From Octopus bimaculoides (Eukaryota), in assembly GCF_001194135.2 (NCBI RefSeq), contig NC_069001.1:8827686-8879970 (forward strand): DNA of 52,285 bases. Direction: 5' to 3'. Position numbers and translations under genes: made by a program. The notes under the pieces are model-generated. The model saw only the letters and a program-made list of their open reading frames with translations. It was not told the origin of the DNA and did not search any database. Shown here piece by piece: positions 25,901-39,400 of this stretch; the first letter of the stretch is position 1; each line of letters starts with the position of its first letter.

Positions 25901-28900
25901 AGAGCAATACACTGGTTCCAACGTTCCTGTCGCTTTTGGTATTGAACCTAAAACAACATGGTCGCAAGTGAGCTTCTTCACACACTTCCGTGTTAATTTA
26001 TATTCCAAATAACAGCTTCATGTTGACAAAGGCGCAGAAGTGGCTGTGTGGTAAGTAGCTTGCTTACCAACCACATGGTTTCAGGTTCAGTCCCACTGTG
26101 TGGCACCTTGGGCAAGTGTCTTCTACTATAGCCTCAGGCCGACCAAAGCCTTGTGAGAGGATTTGGTAGACGGAAACTGCCCTTAAATCCACATTACCTG
26201 AACAGGTGCACAGTGTACCACACATCAGTGTCGAAGTGATCACAGAGCAATGTGAGATGATGTGTTTTGATCAAGAACATAACACACAACCCAGTCTAGG
26301 AATTGAAACCATGATCTCACCATCATAAGGGTAGCACCCTAACCACTGGGCCATGTGTCCTCACTATTATGAGTAGTAATAATATTTTTTTTCTTTTGAT
26401 AGCTTGGGATTTCTCAAAAGCCTTTTACAGTCCCTCTGTTAATCAATGTTGTATTACACTTAATATTATATGAAGGCCCTGCTGGTCGGGACATATCATA
26501 TGGATACCTCAAATGCTCCTCAACCGTCAGCTTCTCTTGGCAGAGTTGGCCTCAAGCACCAGACCACATGGAGATCCCAAATTCCCTTTTCTGTGACCAG
26601 CTCAACTCCACTCTCCTCCACTGCTCCATTGACCCAAATGTCTGGGAGATATTCACCAAGGACTGTCCAAATCGGTGGCATGTCATCATCGAGGGAACGA
26701 ACCTGATGGAATATAACAGAAGTCAAGAGGCAAAGATCAGATGCCGAAGATGCAAAGAGTGACTCGCACTTGTACTCTGCCAACCCTCCCTTGCGATAAA
26801 TGCCTCCAGCTCTTCGATACTGCTCTTGGTCTGAATAACTGCCTCAGGCACCAGCACCCTTCACACCCATGAAGATGAAGAGGCTCAACCCCTTGCTACA
26901 AATGAATGACTCAGATACTCACTCACTCCAGATTAAAGACTTAAATATGAGTTAATGCTGACGATATATGAAGGTCTTCACATATCGGTTTTGATGTTCC
27001 ATTTATCTTACATGAGCGGGATGCTACACTTTAATCTCATGTAAGTGTTGGTGTGACTATGTCGTTAAGCAGATCACTTCACAACCATGTGGTTTTGGGT
27101 TCAGCCCCACTGTATGGTACCTTGGAGAAAATGTCTTTAATAGCCTTGGGTTGACTCATGAGTGAAATTTATAGTCAGAAACTGGACAGGATATTTGTTA
27201 ATGTCTTTTTAACCCTTTAGTGTTTAAACCGGACATATCCAGCCCAAATACTCTACATGTTTTACATTCAAACTGGCCATATCTAGCCTCTCACACCTAA
27301 CCTACATTGATATTCTAAGAATAAACTATCACACCATCAAAACCTCAAAGCTATGAAATAATACATGATTAATTCAAAACAATTTGAGTGAAAAAGTATT
27401 GTATTTAACAGAGTAATCTGAACGCTAAACAGTTAATGTCTACTTTTCCGTGTTTCATGTGAGTCAGATGGAATTTGTTGAGGTAGATTTTCTGTGGCCA
27501 GATGCTTTTTCTGTTGCCAATCTTCATGTTTCCAAGTGAGGTAATTCTTCCCTATAACATAGGAAGATTTGATATCAAGGAACCTGATATATGACATTGA
27601 TACTTGTTTACATCTATCATGAGATGTCAAGGCAAGGAGACATCAGCTCACACACACACACTCACACATGCTTACACACACACACACATGAGCTTCTTTC
27701 AGCTTCTATATACAACCCTTCACAGACTCAGTGGTCACAACTGGACTGTCAAGGGTTACTTTGGTTGCTGAATAGCCATAGCAACAAACAACACATTGAT
27801 TAATGTTGTCCTAGATACACTATGACGAAGACTTACTGGTTACAGCTGGACCTTCTCTAATCATAAACCTGCTTGATCCTGGCTGCATTGGAAGCTGAGC
27901 AGCTATGGTAACAAAGGACACATTGATTAATGTTGTCCTAGATACACTATGACGAAGATNNNNNNNNNNNNNNNNNNNNNNNNNNNNNNNNNNNNNNNNN
28001 NNNNNNNNNNNNNNNNNNNNNNNNNNNNNNNNNNNNNNNNNNNNNNNNNNNNNNNNNNNNNNNNNNNNNNNNNNNNNNNNNNNNNNNNNNNNNNNAACAC
28101 ATTGATTAATGTTGTCCTAGATACACTATGACGAAGACTTACTGGTTACAGCTGGACCTTCTCTAATCATAAACCTGCTTGATCCTGGCTGCATTGGAAG
28201 CTGAGCAGCTATGGTAACAAAGGACACATTGATTAATGTTGTCCTAGATACACTATGACGAAGATTTACTGACTACAGCTGGGCTGTCTCAAATCATGAA
28301 TCTGCTTGACCAGGATTGCTTTGGGATTTGAATAGCTATAGCAACGAAGGACACATTGACTGATGTTGTCCTAGATACACCATGACAGCCCAACTGTAAC
28401 CATCAAGTCTTTGTCATAGTGTGTTCTTTGTTGTTACGGTAAAATCTCTCTTAGTTATCCTAACATTTTCAGATATGTTATAAGTATGAGGCTAATCTTA
28501 GCACTGAGGGTTGACGAAATATTCAAAAATGTAGGAGAAATATTCATTAGTGTACGATATTTGTGTAGTTTGAAGGTAGCACACTGGCAGAAACATTAAC
28601 ACTAAGGCAGCGAGCTGGCAGAAACGTTAGCACGCCGGGCGAAATGCTTACCAGTATTTCATCTGCCATTACGTTCTGAGTTCAAATTCCACCGAGGTCG
28701 ACTTTGCCTTTCATCCTTTCGGGGTCGATAAATTAAGTACCAGTTACGCACTGGGGTGAATCTAATCAACTGGCCCCCTCCGCCAAAATTGTGCCTAGAG
28801 TAGAAAAGTATATGATAATATCAAGCATATCTACTAGTTTTGGTAAATTTACTCTCGATGGCTGACACACATCGGGATTCATAAAATATCTCACAGGACA

Positions 28901-29672
28901 TGGCCCCGCATCATTTGTCTGTCCATGTTTGTCCCCTCTATGTTTAGCCCCTTGTGGGCAATAAAGAAATAAGAAACGTGAGCACGCCGGGCGAAATGCT
29001 TAGCGGTATTTCGTCTGCTGTTACGTTCTGAGTTCAAATTCCGCCGAGGTCAACGTTGCCTTTCATCCTTTTGGGGGTCGATAAATTAAGTACCAGTTGC
29101 GTACTAGGGTCGATCTAATTGACTGGTCCCCTCCCCAAAAATTTCAGGCTTTGTGCTTAGAGTAGAAAAGAATATTTCTGTAATTTGGAAACTGAATTCT
29201 TTCAAATTGTTGTTGTTGTTGTTGATTAATCTCTGATTGAGCTGATCTATGATCAAAGCCATTCCTGCCATGACCATCTTGTTTAACACTCTGGTGCAGG
29301 CATGACTGAGTGTTTAAGAAGCTCACTTTGGGTGGTGGGGCACGTGACTTGGAGTTCAGTTCCACTGCGTTGCACCTGAGGCAAGTGCCTTGGGTCAACC
29401 AATGCCTTGTGAGTGAATTTGGTAAATGGAAACTGTATGGAAGCCTGTTGTTCGTGTGTGTGTGTCTTTGTGTTTGTCCTCTTACTACTTGACATCTGGT
29501 GTTTCTTTGTTTACGTCCCAGCAACTTAGCGGTGTCTACACATTTTTACTGCAAGAGAATCTTTCTTCACGGTAACTGGAATGAATTTGCCTTTAGCAGT
29601 TAGAATAAGCCACAAACATATTTTAACCAACTTAGAGATCGTTTATATGTATGTACGTACGTATCTGCCTGC

Positions 29673-29758
<86 letters not shown>

Positions 29759-30393
29759 GTGTGTGTGTGTTCATTTTCCATGTATGTATGGAGTGGACAA
29801 CTATATTTATTGAGCCATTGTTTGTACAGCTGGATGTCTTTCGTGTCACTAACTACCAACTACCATAACCTGTTCTTCAAACAAAATTTCTTCTATTTCA
29901 CCCGTGTACTGAGTTATGGCTGTAGTGGATAACAATACTGTTGACAGAAGTGACAACAACACCGCTCGTAGCGATTAGCATAGACGGCAAATATAAACAC
30001 GCACACACCAGGCTTCTCTCAATTTCTGCTTATAGATAGTCGCTGAACCAGCTAGAAATAGCTCTATATTTAAGAGATGAGGAATTATGTACATTATTTA
30101 CATTCGACGGATATTTGTCCTCATCTTATTTGTTGTTAACACAACGTTTCGGCTGTTATAACAAATAAGATGAGGACAAATATCTGTCGAATGTAAATAA
30201 TGTAAATAATTCCTCATCTCTTAAATATCTAGCTGGTTGAGCGACTATCTATTTATTTCATATGCGTGACAGCTTTTAGTGTATATATATATAAATGTGT
30301 GTGTTAGAGAAATAGCGGTATCATTTTTTTTGCAAGGCCTCCCAGACTATTCGAGGAAATTCAAAGGACCGCATTTGAAAGTATAAGACGCAT

Positions 30394-30427
<34 letters not shown>

Positions 30428-33400
30428 TCAAAAAGGTCTTGAAAGGAGAAGAAGAAAAAACCTGGGGCTTCTCTTAAGCTTTATCGCACTAAAAACTTTT
30501 TTTTCCTGAATATGGAGTGTATCTATCATACCAGCAAATACAACAATTAGTTTTATGTTCGTTGTCCAACTGAACCTATCTCTCGATAAGGTCCTGCGTA
30601 GATTATAGGTACTGTTTTGTTTTAAGCTTCTCTCCAGACCCGTTGCCAGACTTTAATGGATGGGGTGCACCAGAATATTGGAGGAGGGGCACCAATTTAT
30701 AACAATACTACAGTGGAGTCCCAAAATAAGTGTATCACTGTAAATAGTGAGAGGGAAGTGCCGTCCAATGCACCCCCTTAGAGACGGGCATACCTCTCTC
30801 TCTCTCTCTCTCAACGTCGTGAAGACGGTCATATATGGTCAAAGGGAGATAACCATATTTGAGATTACCTCCCTTTTGAGTGTGTGCTTCTGAAAAGAAA
30901 CTCCAAAAGTTTTAACGTTTTTTCTTTTTTAGACACCATTTGTTACCCTATTTCATTTGAAGTTCAATGCATTTGTTTCAGTTTCTTTTTCGATGCTTCG
31001 GTGGATTCCCATGATTTTGTGTCGCCGTCCAATTCCTTTATTATGAACTTGAATTGGAAGCTTGAGTCATAGTGATTCTTTAATTAACCGATTATACAAA
31101 CCATGGACTTCCACTCTTATGAATGTGTTACGGTTACTCTCTTGTTAGAGCCTGGTAATCCTTACCGTTGACCTTCGTGGATTCCTCCTTTCAGTATCAA
31201 TGTAAGAAATATCATTGGCTCAGTTGAGCTCTTCCGCTACCTCTCAAAATCCGCCACTCTATAATCTTCTCCATATCCCAGGCAGTGTGGAAGAACAGCT
31301 GCTGTACCTTGCCAAAGGGAAACCCGTAACTATGCCTGGCGCGGTCGTCACGCCGTGAGATTTCATCGAAATACCCGCACACCCGTTGTTTCAGTTAATT
31401 TCGAAAATTAATAAAAAGAATTTAGTAAAATAACTTAGTCATTATTAAGCTGATGTTGAGAACAGAATTTGTTGAGGAAGATTATCTGCGACCATGTTAC
31501 CTTAGATTACTCTCTCGCTTTTTTACTCTTTTACTTGATTCAGTCATTTGACTGCAGCCATGCTGGAGCACCGCCTTTACTCGAGTAAATCAACCCTAAG
31601 ACTTATTCTTTGTAAGCCCAGTACTTATTTTACGTGTCTCTTTTGCCGAACTAAGTTACTGGGACGTAAACACACCACCATCGGTTGTCAGGCAATGTTG
31701 GCGGGGACGAACACAGACAAACAAACATATACATACACTTATATATNNNNNNNNNNNNNNNNNNNNNNNNNNNNNNNNNNNNNNNNNNNNNNNNNNNNNN
31801 NNNNNNNNNNNNNNNNNNNNNNNNNNNNNNNNNNNNNNNNNNNNNNNNNNNNNNNNNNNNNNNNNNNNNNNNNNNNNNNNNNNNNNNNNNNNNNNNNNNN
31901 NNNNNNNNNNNNNNNNNATATATATATATATATATATATACGATGGGCTTCTTTCAGTTTCCATCTACCAAATCCACTCACAAGGCTTTGGTCTGCCCGA
32001 GGCTATAATAGAAGACACTTGCCCAAGGTGCCATGCAGTGGGACTGAACCCAGAACCATGTGGTTGGTAAGCAAGCAGCTTACCACACAGCCACTCTTGC
32101 GCCTTTTTATGGAAGACTAGAAATGAACAACCTCTCTTGTACAACAGTGATGCTCGTTTACGACCGTTACATGATGTCTAGACAGAGTGAAACAAAGTGT
32201 CTTGCTCAAAGACATAACACACAGCCGGGAATTGAACTCACGACCTTATGATCAAGAGCTGAACACGCCAAACACTAACCCACATACTTTTACATACACA
32301 CACACACACACGCACACACACATACACACACACATACACACAATGAGTTTCTTTAAGATTCTGCCTGCCAAATCCACTTACAAGGCTTTGGATGATTCAG
32401 GGTAAAAATAGAGACACTTGTCGAAGGTGCCATGCCTCTCAACTACAGAGCCACACTTGCATCTATAAATTTTCATCAATTAGATTCATGTCAGCCTTTT
32501 TCCCTTGTTAGCGTATCTCCTAATTTTATGCTCTCTAATGTAAATTTATTCATTAAAGATTTTTGCTTTTTAAGGAATTCATAAGAATCGGGATAGATTG
32601 TTTTGGGAAACCAAATATTTATGGTGTTTTTTTTTTCTTTTGTCTTGCAGAGCGCAAGGGGAAATATTATAATTCAACATCGTCAGACTCTGAGCCACAA
32701 GCTCCACCTCGTGTGGCCAAGCTATATGAGCAACCAGTCAAATCATCTGATATTAAATCTAACCTTAACAGGTAAGTCCATGTAATTCTTTGTTTTCCTG
32801 CTAAAGACACGCCTGTGCTGGTAACACATCAAAGGCACCTGGTACAATCTGTGGAGTGGTTGGCACTAGGAATGGCATCCAGCTGTAGAAACCAACATCA
32901 GGCAAATGACAAGCAAATCTGTGATATTGAGCTGAACATTTGCCATAACGATATTTCTGCTTCAGCAACTTAGCGCTAAATCTGTGAAATGTAATGGCAA
33001 ATTGGTCAGTTTCAAGCCATTGATGTCTGGGTCACAAAAAGCAATATTTGAAAGGAATAGTAGTCGTTTCTTTTGATTTCCAGATAGAAACAAATAGGAA
33101 ATGACACTTACTGACCAAAAACAAACAAAAAAATAAAAAATAAAAATTTTGTTATACCTCATCATCATCAGAGTTTAACGTCCGCTTTCCATTATCGACT
33201 TAATTATCGACTTAATTTGTTTGTCTGTCCTTGTTTGTCCCCTCTGTATGTAGCCCCTTGTGGGCAGTAAAGAAATAAGAAACGTTAGCATGCAGGGACG
33301 AAATGTTTAGTGATATTTCGTCTGTCTTTACGTTCTGAGTTCAAATTCCGCTGAGGTTGACTTTGCCTTTCATCCTGTCAGGTTCGATAAATTAAGTATC

Positions 33401-36400
33401 AGTTGCGTACTGAGGTCGATCTAATCGACTGCCCCCCCCCCAGCACCACCACCACCAAAAAAATATATATATTTCGGCCTTGTGCTTAGAGTAGAAAAGA
33501 TTATATTTCTTCTTTATAAGGTGGCGAGCTGGCAGAAACGTTAGCACGTCGGGCAAAATGCTTAGCGGTATTTCGTGTGTCTTTACGTTCTGAGTTCAAA
33601 TTCCGTCGAGGTCGACTTTACCTCTCATCCTTTTGGGGTCGATAAATTATCAGTTGCGTGCTGGGGTCAATCTAATTGACTGGCCCCCTCCCCCAAAATG
33701 TTGGGCTTTGTGCCTAGAGTAGAAAAGTATACGATTATATCAAGCACATCTACTGGTTTTAAATATCTTCACACTCGATGACTGACACACATCGAAAAGA
33801 TCCGTATGAACACCAACAACTTCATAAAATATCTCACAGGACATGGCTCCGCATCATTTTGTGCCACAAAAATGATGGTGCTCATACAGACCTTCTCGAT
33901 GTGTGGCAGTGTCAATAAAAATGAATATACTAAAACCAGTTACATGTGTTTGATATTATATTGTTCCCCTATTGTTCTTGTTACTTTTCGGCAGGGGATG
34001 ACAAGACTTTCGGACAACCCTATACTTCGTTCACTGCTATATCTTTAGCTCTAAGTTGTGTTCTGAGCACTGGGCTATCAGCATAAAGAATTTTTAGCAA
34101 CAACTTGTGAACGTATTGTGTTATTACTTCAAGAACTATAATGAAGGTGGTATATTTATGGTCATTAAATTCCTGACTATATTGATTTTCGTTAGTTTCC
34201 CATCAAACTAATTTTATGTAAGAACCTTTTTTTGAGTTCCTAACACAAAATTATTATTGGTCGACTCCAAAAGGATGAAAGGATGTGAATTCGCGTGTTG
34301 AACTAAATTTCGGCGTAACGACTCTCTCACGACAACAAATAATGAAATATAAGGGAGACAATCAATTTCTGAACGTTACTTTGCCAAGAGTTACCTTTCT
34401 TCTCCACAGTACTTATTTAAATTCTAATATATTACTTTAATCACTACCATTTACTAGTCGTCGCTCTAAGTTAGAATTTATTCCAATATATAAGGCATTA
34501 TATTTTAACTGGTCAAATTTATTACAAACAAGCTTTGCCAAATGTTTCAATGAATTGCGAAAATATTCGAGAATTTGAGGAACTAAGTAAATTAACTTTG
34601 TTATTCAATGTTTTGTGTTTAAGTCGGTGAGCTGGCAGAATCGTTAGCATGCTGGACAAAATGCTTTGCTGTATTTCGTCCGTCTTCACGTTCTGAGTTC
34701 AAATTCCACCGAGATCGGCTTTACCTTTAATTCTTTCATGAGTTGATAAATAAGTACCTATTGAATACTACGTTCTGAGTTCAAATTCCACCGAGGTCGA
34801 CTTTACCTTTCATTCTTTCATGAGTTGATAAATAAGTACCTGTTGAATACTGGGTCGATCTAATCGACTGACTGCCTCCCTCAAACTCACTGGCTTTGTG
34901 CCAAAATTTGAAACTAATATTAGTTTTGTGTTTAGAACACAACAAAAGATATATAAAATTATGATTGAAGATTTTAATTTTAATATAAAAATTTCAAAAT
35001 GTGGAGTTTTGCTAAACCACTAAGTCAAGTAGTAGTGATAGACAAATGCAGACACACACACATACACACACACACATGATGAACTTCTTTCAGTTTCTGT
35101 CTACCAAATCCACTCACAAGGCTTCGCTTGGCCTGAGGCTACAGTAGAAGACACTTGCCCTAGATGCTATGCAGTGGGACTGAACCCGGAACCATGTGGT
35201 CAGAAATAAAGCTTCTTACTATACAGTAACATGTGTTTCTCCACATGACATGCAAACTTGACCAGATTTAATTTGTGAACTTTGTTGACAAAGAAATAGA
35301 TTAAGATTCATTTAATTCATTTATATTTTTTAATGCCCCCGACGTAAAGGGATCAATTTATATTTCCACTTGTTCTCGGAAAAATGACACCTTATTCATT
35401 GGTTTTTGTGTGAGAAAGATGTGTACTACTACCTCAGAGATATGTGTGCAAAGTATATTCTTGGACGGTTTATGAATGCCAAGCCAAACGGCTAAACCAC
35501 TTCCACATGTACTGTCTGAGAAATCTGTTGAGAATCACCTGACAAGACAAGGTCACAGACATGGAGGTCTGATCCACCAGGTGTTTGGTTTTCAAGTGAG
35601 TGATGGATTATGCCTGTCATCCGAGAACGGAGAAGACCATGCTAAGCTATTAACCCATCCTGGGCTTCATAGTTCAATAAAAATAGAAGAAAAGAAGACG
35701 ATTATCCAAGGACCAGGTGTTAATGTTAAACTGGGAGGAGTATAGCTATTTATTACTCAATATGTATTGTTGCACACAAAGCACAAAGCACTGTATTGAC
35801 TTCATATAAAAATCTATTTGTATTGATTGTCGTGTCTACAACTCAATCAATAAAGACCAACAAACTAGATTATATCACATCTCAATACTTTCTTTTCTTC
35901 CACTTAAAATTGTCGTTTAGCCCCAGGTAGGTCAGTCCTGACCTGATTGAGTAGATTTACACTCTTTTTAGTGTAGATCTGCTCAATCAAGTTGGGGTTG
36001 ACCTATCTGGCGGTAAACAAGAACTCCAGAGTTTATTTCTACATCTGCTGTTCAGTCTGTCGGTCTCTTTTGCAGAGTTGTTAAGTTATTGGGCCATAAA
36101 CAAGCCAGCACCGGTTGTCAAGCAGTGGTGGGGGACAAACACAAAGATACATACATGCATGCATATATACATACATGCAAAATACATACATGAATATGTG
36201 CATACATACATACATGCATATGTACTAAAACAAGGCATACAAATCTACACATATACATACATACATACATACATACATAAATATGTGCATGCATGCACAC
36301 ACTCACACATGCAAACAAAAATACCCTGTTGTTGATGTTGAAACCCCAATGAAGGAATCTTAGATTTAGGTTAGAAGCTGGCTCTTTCTCCACTAGCAAG

Positions 36401-39400
36401 AAATCTTGAAATAAGACTGGACAATGAGAGAGAAAGAGAGAGAGAGAGAGACACACACACACATACACACACACTTCCCTCCTATCTATTGAAGGGGGCA
36501 CAAACACTTTCATGCACGTATATATATATATACACACACAGTGGAACTTCTGCCTACCAAATTCAGTCAGAAGGCTTTGGTCAGCTCAGTATTGTAGTAC
36601 AAGACACATGCTCAACGTATTGCACAGTAGGACTGAACCCAAAAACCACATGGTTGCAAAGTGAGATTCTTATTGTCCCCTTTAAATTTCTCTCTTAAAA
36701 GAAAGGCTTTATCTTATTATTTATCTTTATACTTGTTTCAGTCATTTGATTGTGGCCATACTGGAGCACTGTCTTGGAAAGTTTTAAGTTGAAACAATCG
36801 ACCCTAGTACTTTTTTTTTTTCAGCCTGGTACATATTCTGTCGGCCTCTTTTACATTTGACAGAGCAACCCAAATGCTAAAGGACTAAGCCTCAATTTCG
36901 TCTGGTCAATTATATATGAAACCATGTCTACAGTTAACCCCAAAACTGACTGCATGAAACTGTGGTATGGGTCTAATCGACCTCTGTTTATATAGCTGTT
37001 GTTCATGTGCAACATAAATACACACACACACATACACACACACACACACACATATGTATATATAAATTTTAATTGTTGTTAGCGTGTAACAGATGTCACC
37101 AGTGAATTTCATGCATGAGCCTTGTTTATTGATGGGAAAAGAAGAAAACTTATATTGGGAAACATTACTTTCCAAATGACAATTATAATGTAAATTTTGT
37201 TGCCTGAACCTACTGCTAACAGCACAGTTGTTGAGATATGTCAATATTTTACTTAATTTAAGCACACCATCTGTAACATATGGCTGGCTCTAATAGACTG
37301 TCTCTGACCTATAAGTTCTATATTCTCTTCTGGTTCAAGTTATTCTTCCATTGAAATCTGTTTCCAGGTGGTGTTGTTAAAGTTGTTTTTGTTGTTGCTT
37401 AATCTCTGATCAGTCTTATAAGTTCCAGGATTGACCACTTCTTTACATTACAGTTATAATACATCGAAAACTTACCTTGTGCAGACTTTCGAGCGAGATC
37501 GTTGCCAGTGCCCCTGGACTGGCTCTTATGTGGGTGGCACATAAAATACACGATTTTGAGCGTGGCTGTTGCCAGTACCGCCTGACTGGCCTTCGTGCCG
37601 GTGGCAGGTAAAAGCACCCACTACACTCCCAGACTGGTTGGCGTTAGGAAGGGCATCCAGCTGTAGAAACTCTGCCAAATCAGATTGGAGCCTGGTGTAG
37701 CCATCTGGTTTCACCAGTCCTCAGTCAAATCGTCCAACCCATGCTAGCATGGAAAGCGGACGTTAAACGACGACGATGATGATGATGATGATGATTCTTC
37801 TTTAATAAAGATGGTTGGCTGATATTTCTTCCAAGTCAAGATCTCATAGGGGCTCTTCATTGGCTTGTGTTATTTGTAGTGATTGTTGTTGTTGTTGTTG
37901 TGTAGTCCTGGAGAGGTCTGATCGAATAAACCTAGTAGTTTATCATTGTTGACATAATCATTGTTTAACCCCAGGTCAGGCCTGACTTAGTTGGCCTATG
38001 ATTAAAGGCATTTCAACTGTGATCATCCTGCTTTTTATTCAAACATAACATGTCCAGAACTACATTATCTAGCATGTTCTCTCATTCTTTTTTGTTTTTA
38101 AAAGCTGGTAAGGTATGTTTTCAGGGAGATCTAGTTGCCATTCTTATTTCTTTATTGCCCACAAGGGGCTAAACATAGAGGGGACAAACAAGGACAGACA
38201 AATGGATTAAGTCGATTACATCAACCCCAGTGCATAACTGGTACTTAATTTATCGACCCCGAAAGGATGAAAGGCAAAGTCGACCTCAGCGGAATTTGAA
38301 CTCACAACGTAACGGCAGACAAAATACCACTAAGCATTTCACCCGGTGTGTTAACATTTCTGCCAAGCTCACCGCCTTAGCAAGCTTCTTACCACACAGC
38401 CACACCTGTGCCTATATTTGTCTTTTGTTGCCATTTCCACACTCTTAATATTTCAATATAAAGGGCAATGAGCTGGCAGAATCATTAGCACACTGGGAAA
38501 ATGCTAAGAAAATGCTGTCTTTACATTCTGGGTTCAAATACTGCCAGGGTTGATATCTAGTTCTGAATCTTTGTATGTTGCATGTTTCTCCATTTTCTTT
38601 TAGAGAAACATTGCCACCTGTACGTTTTGAGTTCAAATCTTGCTGATGTCGACTTTGCCTTTCATCCTTCTGGAGTTGATAAAATAAAGTGTCATTCAAA
38701 GACTGGGGTTGATAGTTCATTACTTTAAAAAATTGGCTGTCGATAAGAAAGCACCAAACTATTATTCCAGCATTTGTTAGTTATTTTTACCTTCTTTTTT
38801 TCTGTTGAAAAAAAAGAGAAAAACCATCAAAAGCAGAAAGAAACAAAACAAAAAAAAAGCACAAAAAGCACCACCCACATGTCTGAGGAAAGCCAAAATT
38901 AATTTTCCTCTGTGTGTGTAGGGTGATGTAGGGGTAGATGTTACCTGATTCATTTATGTAATTAAAAGGTTTACTGAAGTTAAATTCTGACGTTGTTAGT
39001 TCATTTCAGTGAGCGAGTCTTGGTGTGTCACTGAGGCTTTAAGACGATCAGGTTACAGTGACATCAAATGAATTGATTTACTCATTTATTTGTTGTTTCT
39101 TTGTCATAGATGTTTAACCCCAGGTTAGTTCCTGATCCAGTAGGCCTGTGAACAAACGAGTTCCACCTGTGACCATAGCTCCTGCTTTTAGATATAGTGT
39201 TTTAACAATTATTTACACCCCAGTGAACGAAGGTCAGTCATTTTTTATCTGTGCTTTTTAAGTGCCATTTACATGATACCAGCAATGGCCACAACTACGG
39301 TTTCACTTGGCTTGACAAGTCTTCTCAAGCACAGCATATCGCCAAAGGTCTCAGTCACTTGTCATCGCCTCTGTGAGGCCCAACATTCAAAGATCATGCT

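Noticed and set aside
31548-32120. 190-aa ORF, the similar 148-aa ORF at 47682-48128 and others with YIYIYI or CVCVCV runs
   Set aside because: Antisense readings of SINE B and its internal microsatellite or N gap.
35476-35745. 89-aa ORF; the opposite strand has a THLKTKH string reminiscent of a BED finger
   Set aside because: Multiple stops and no Cys pair or splice support; too weak to call.
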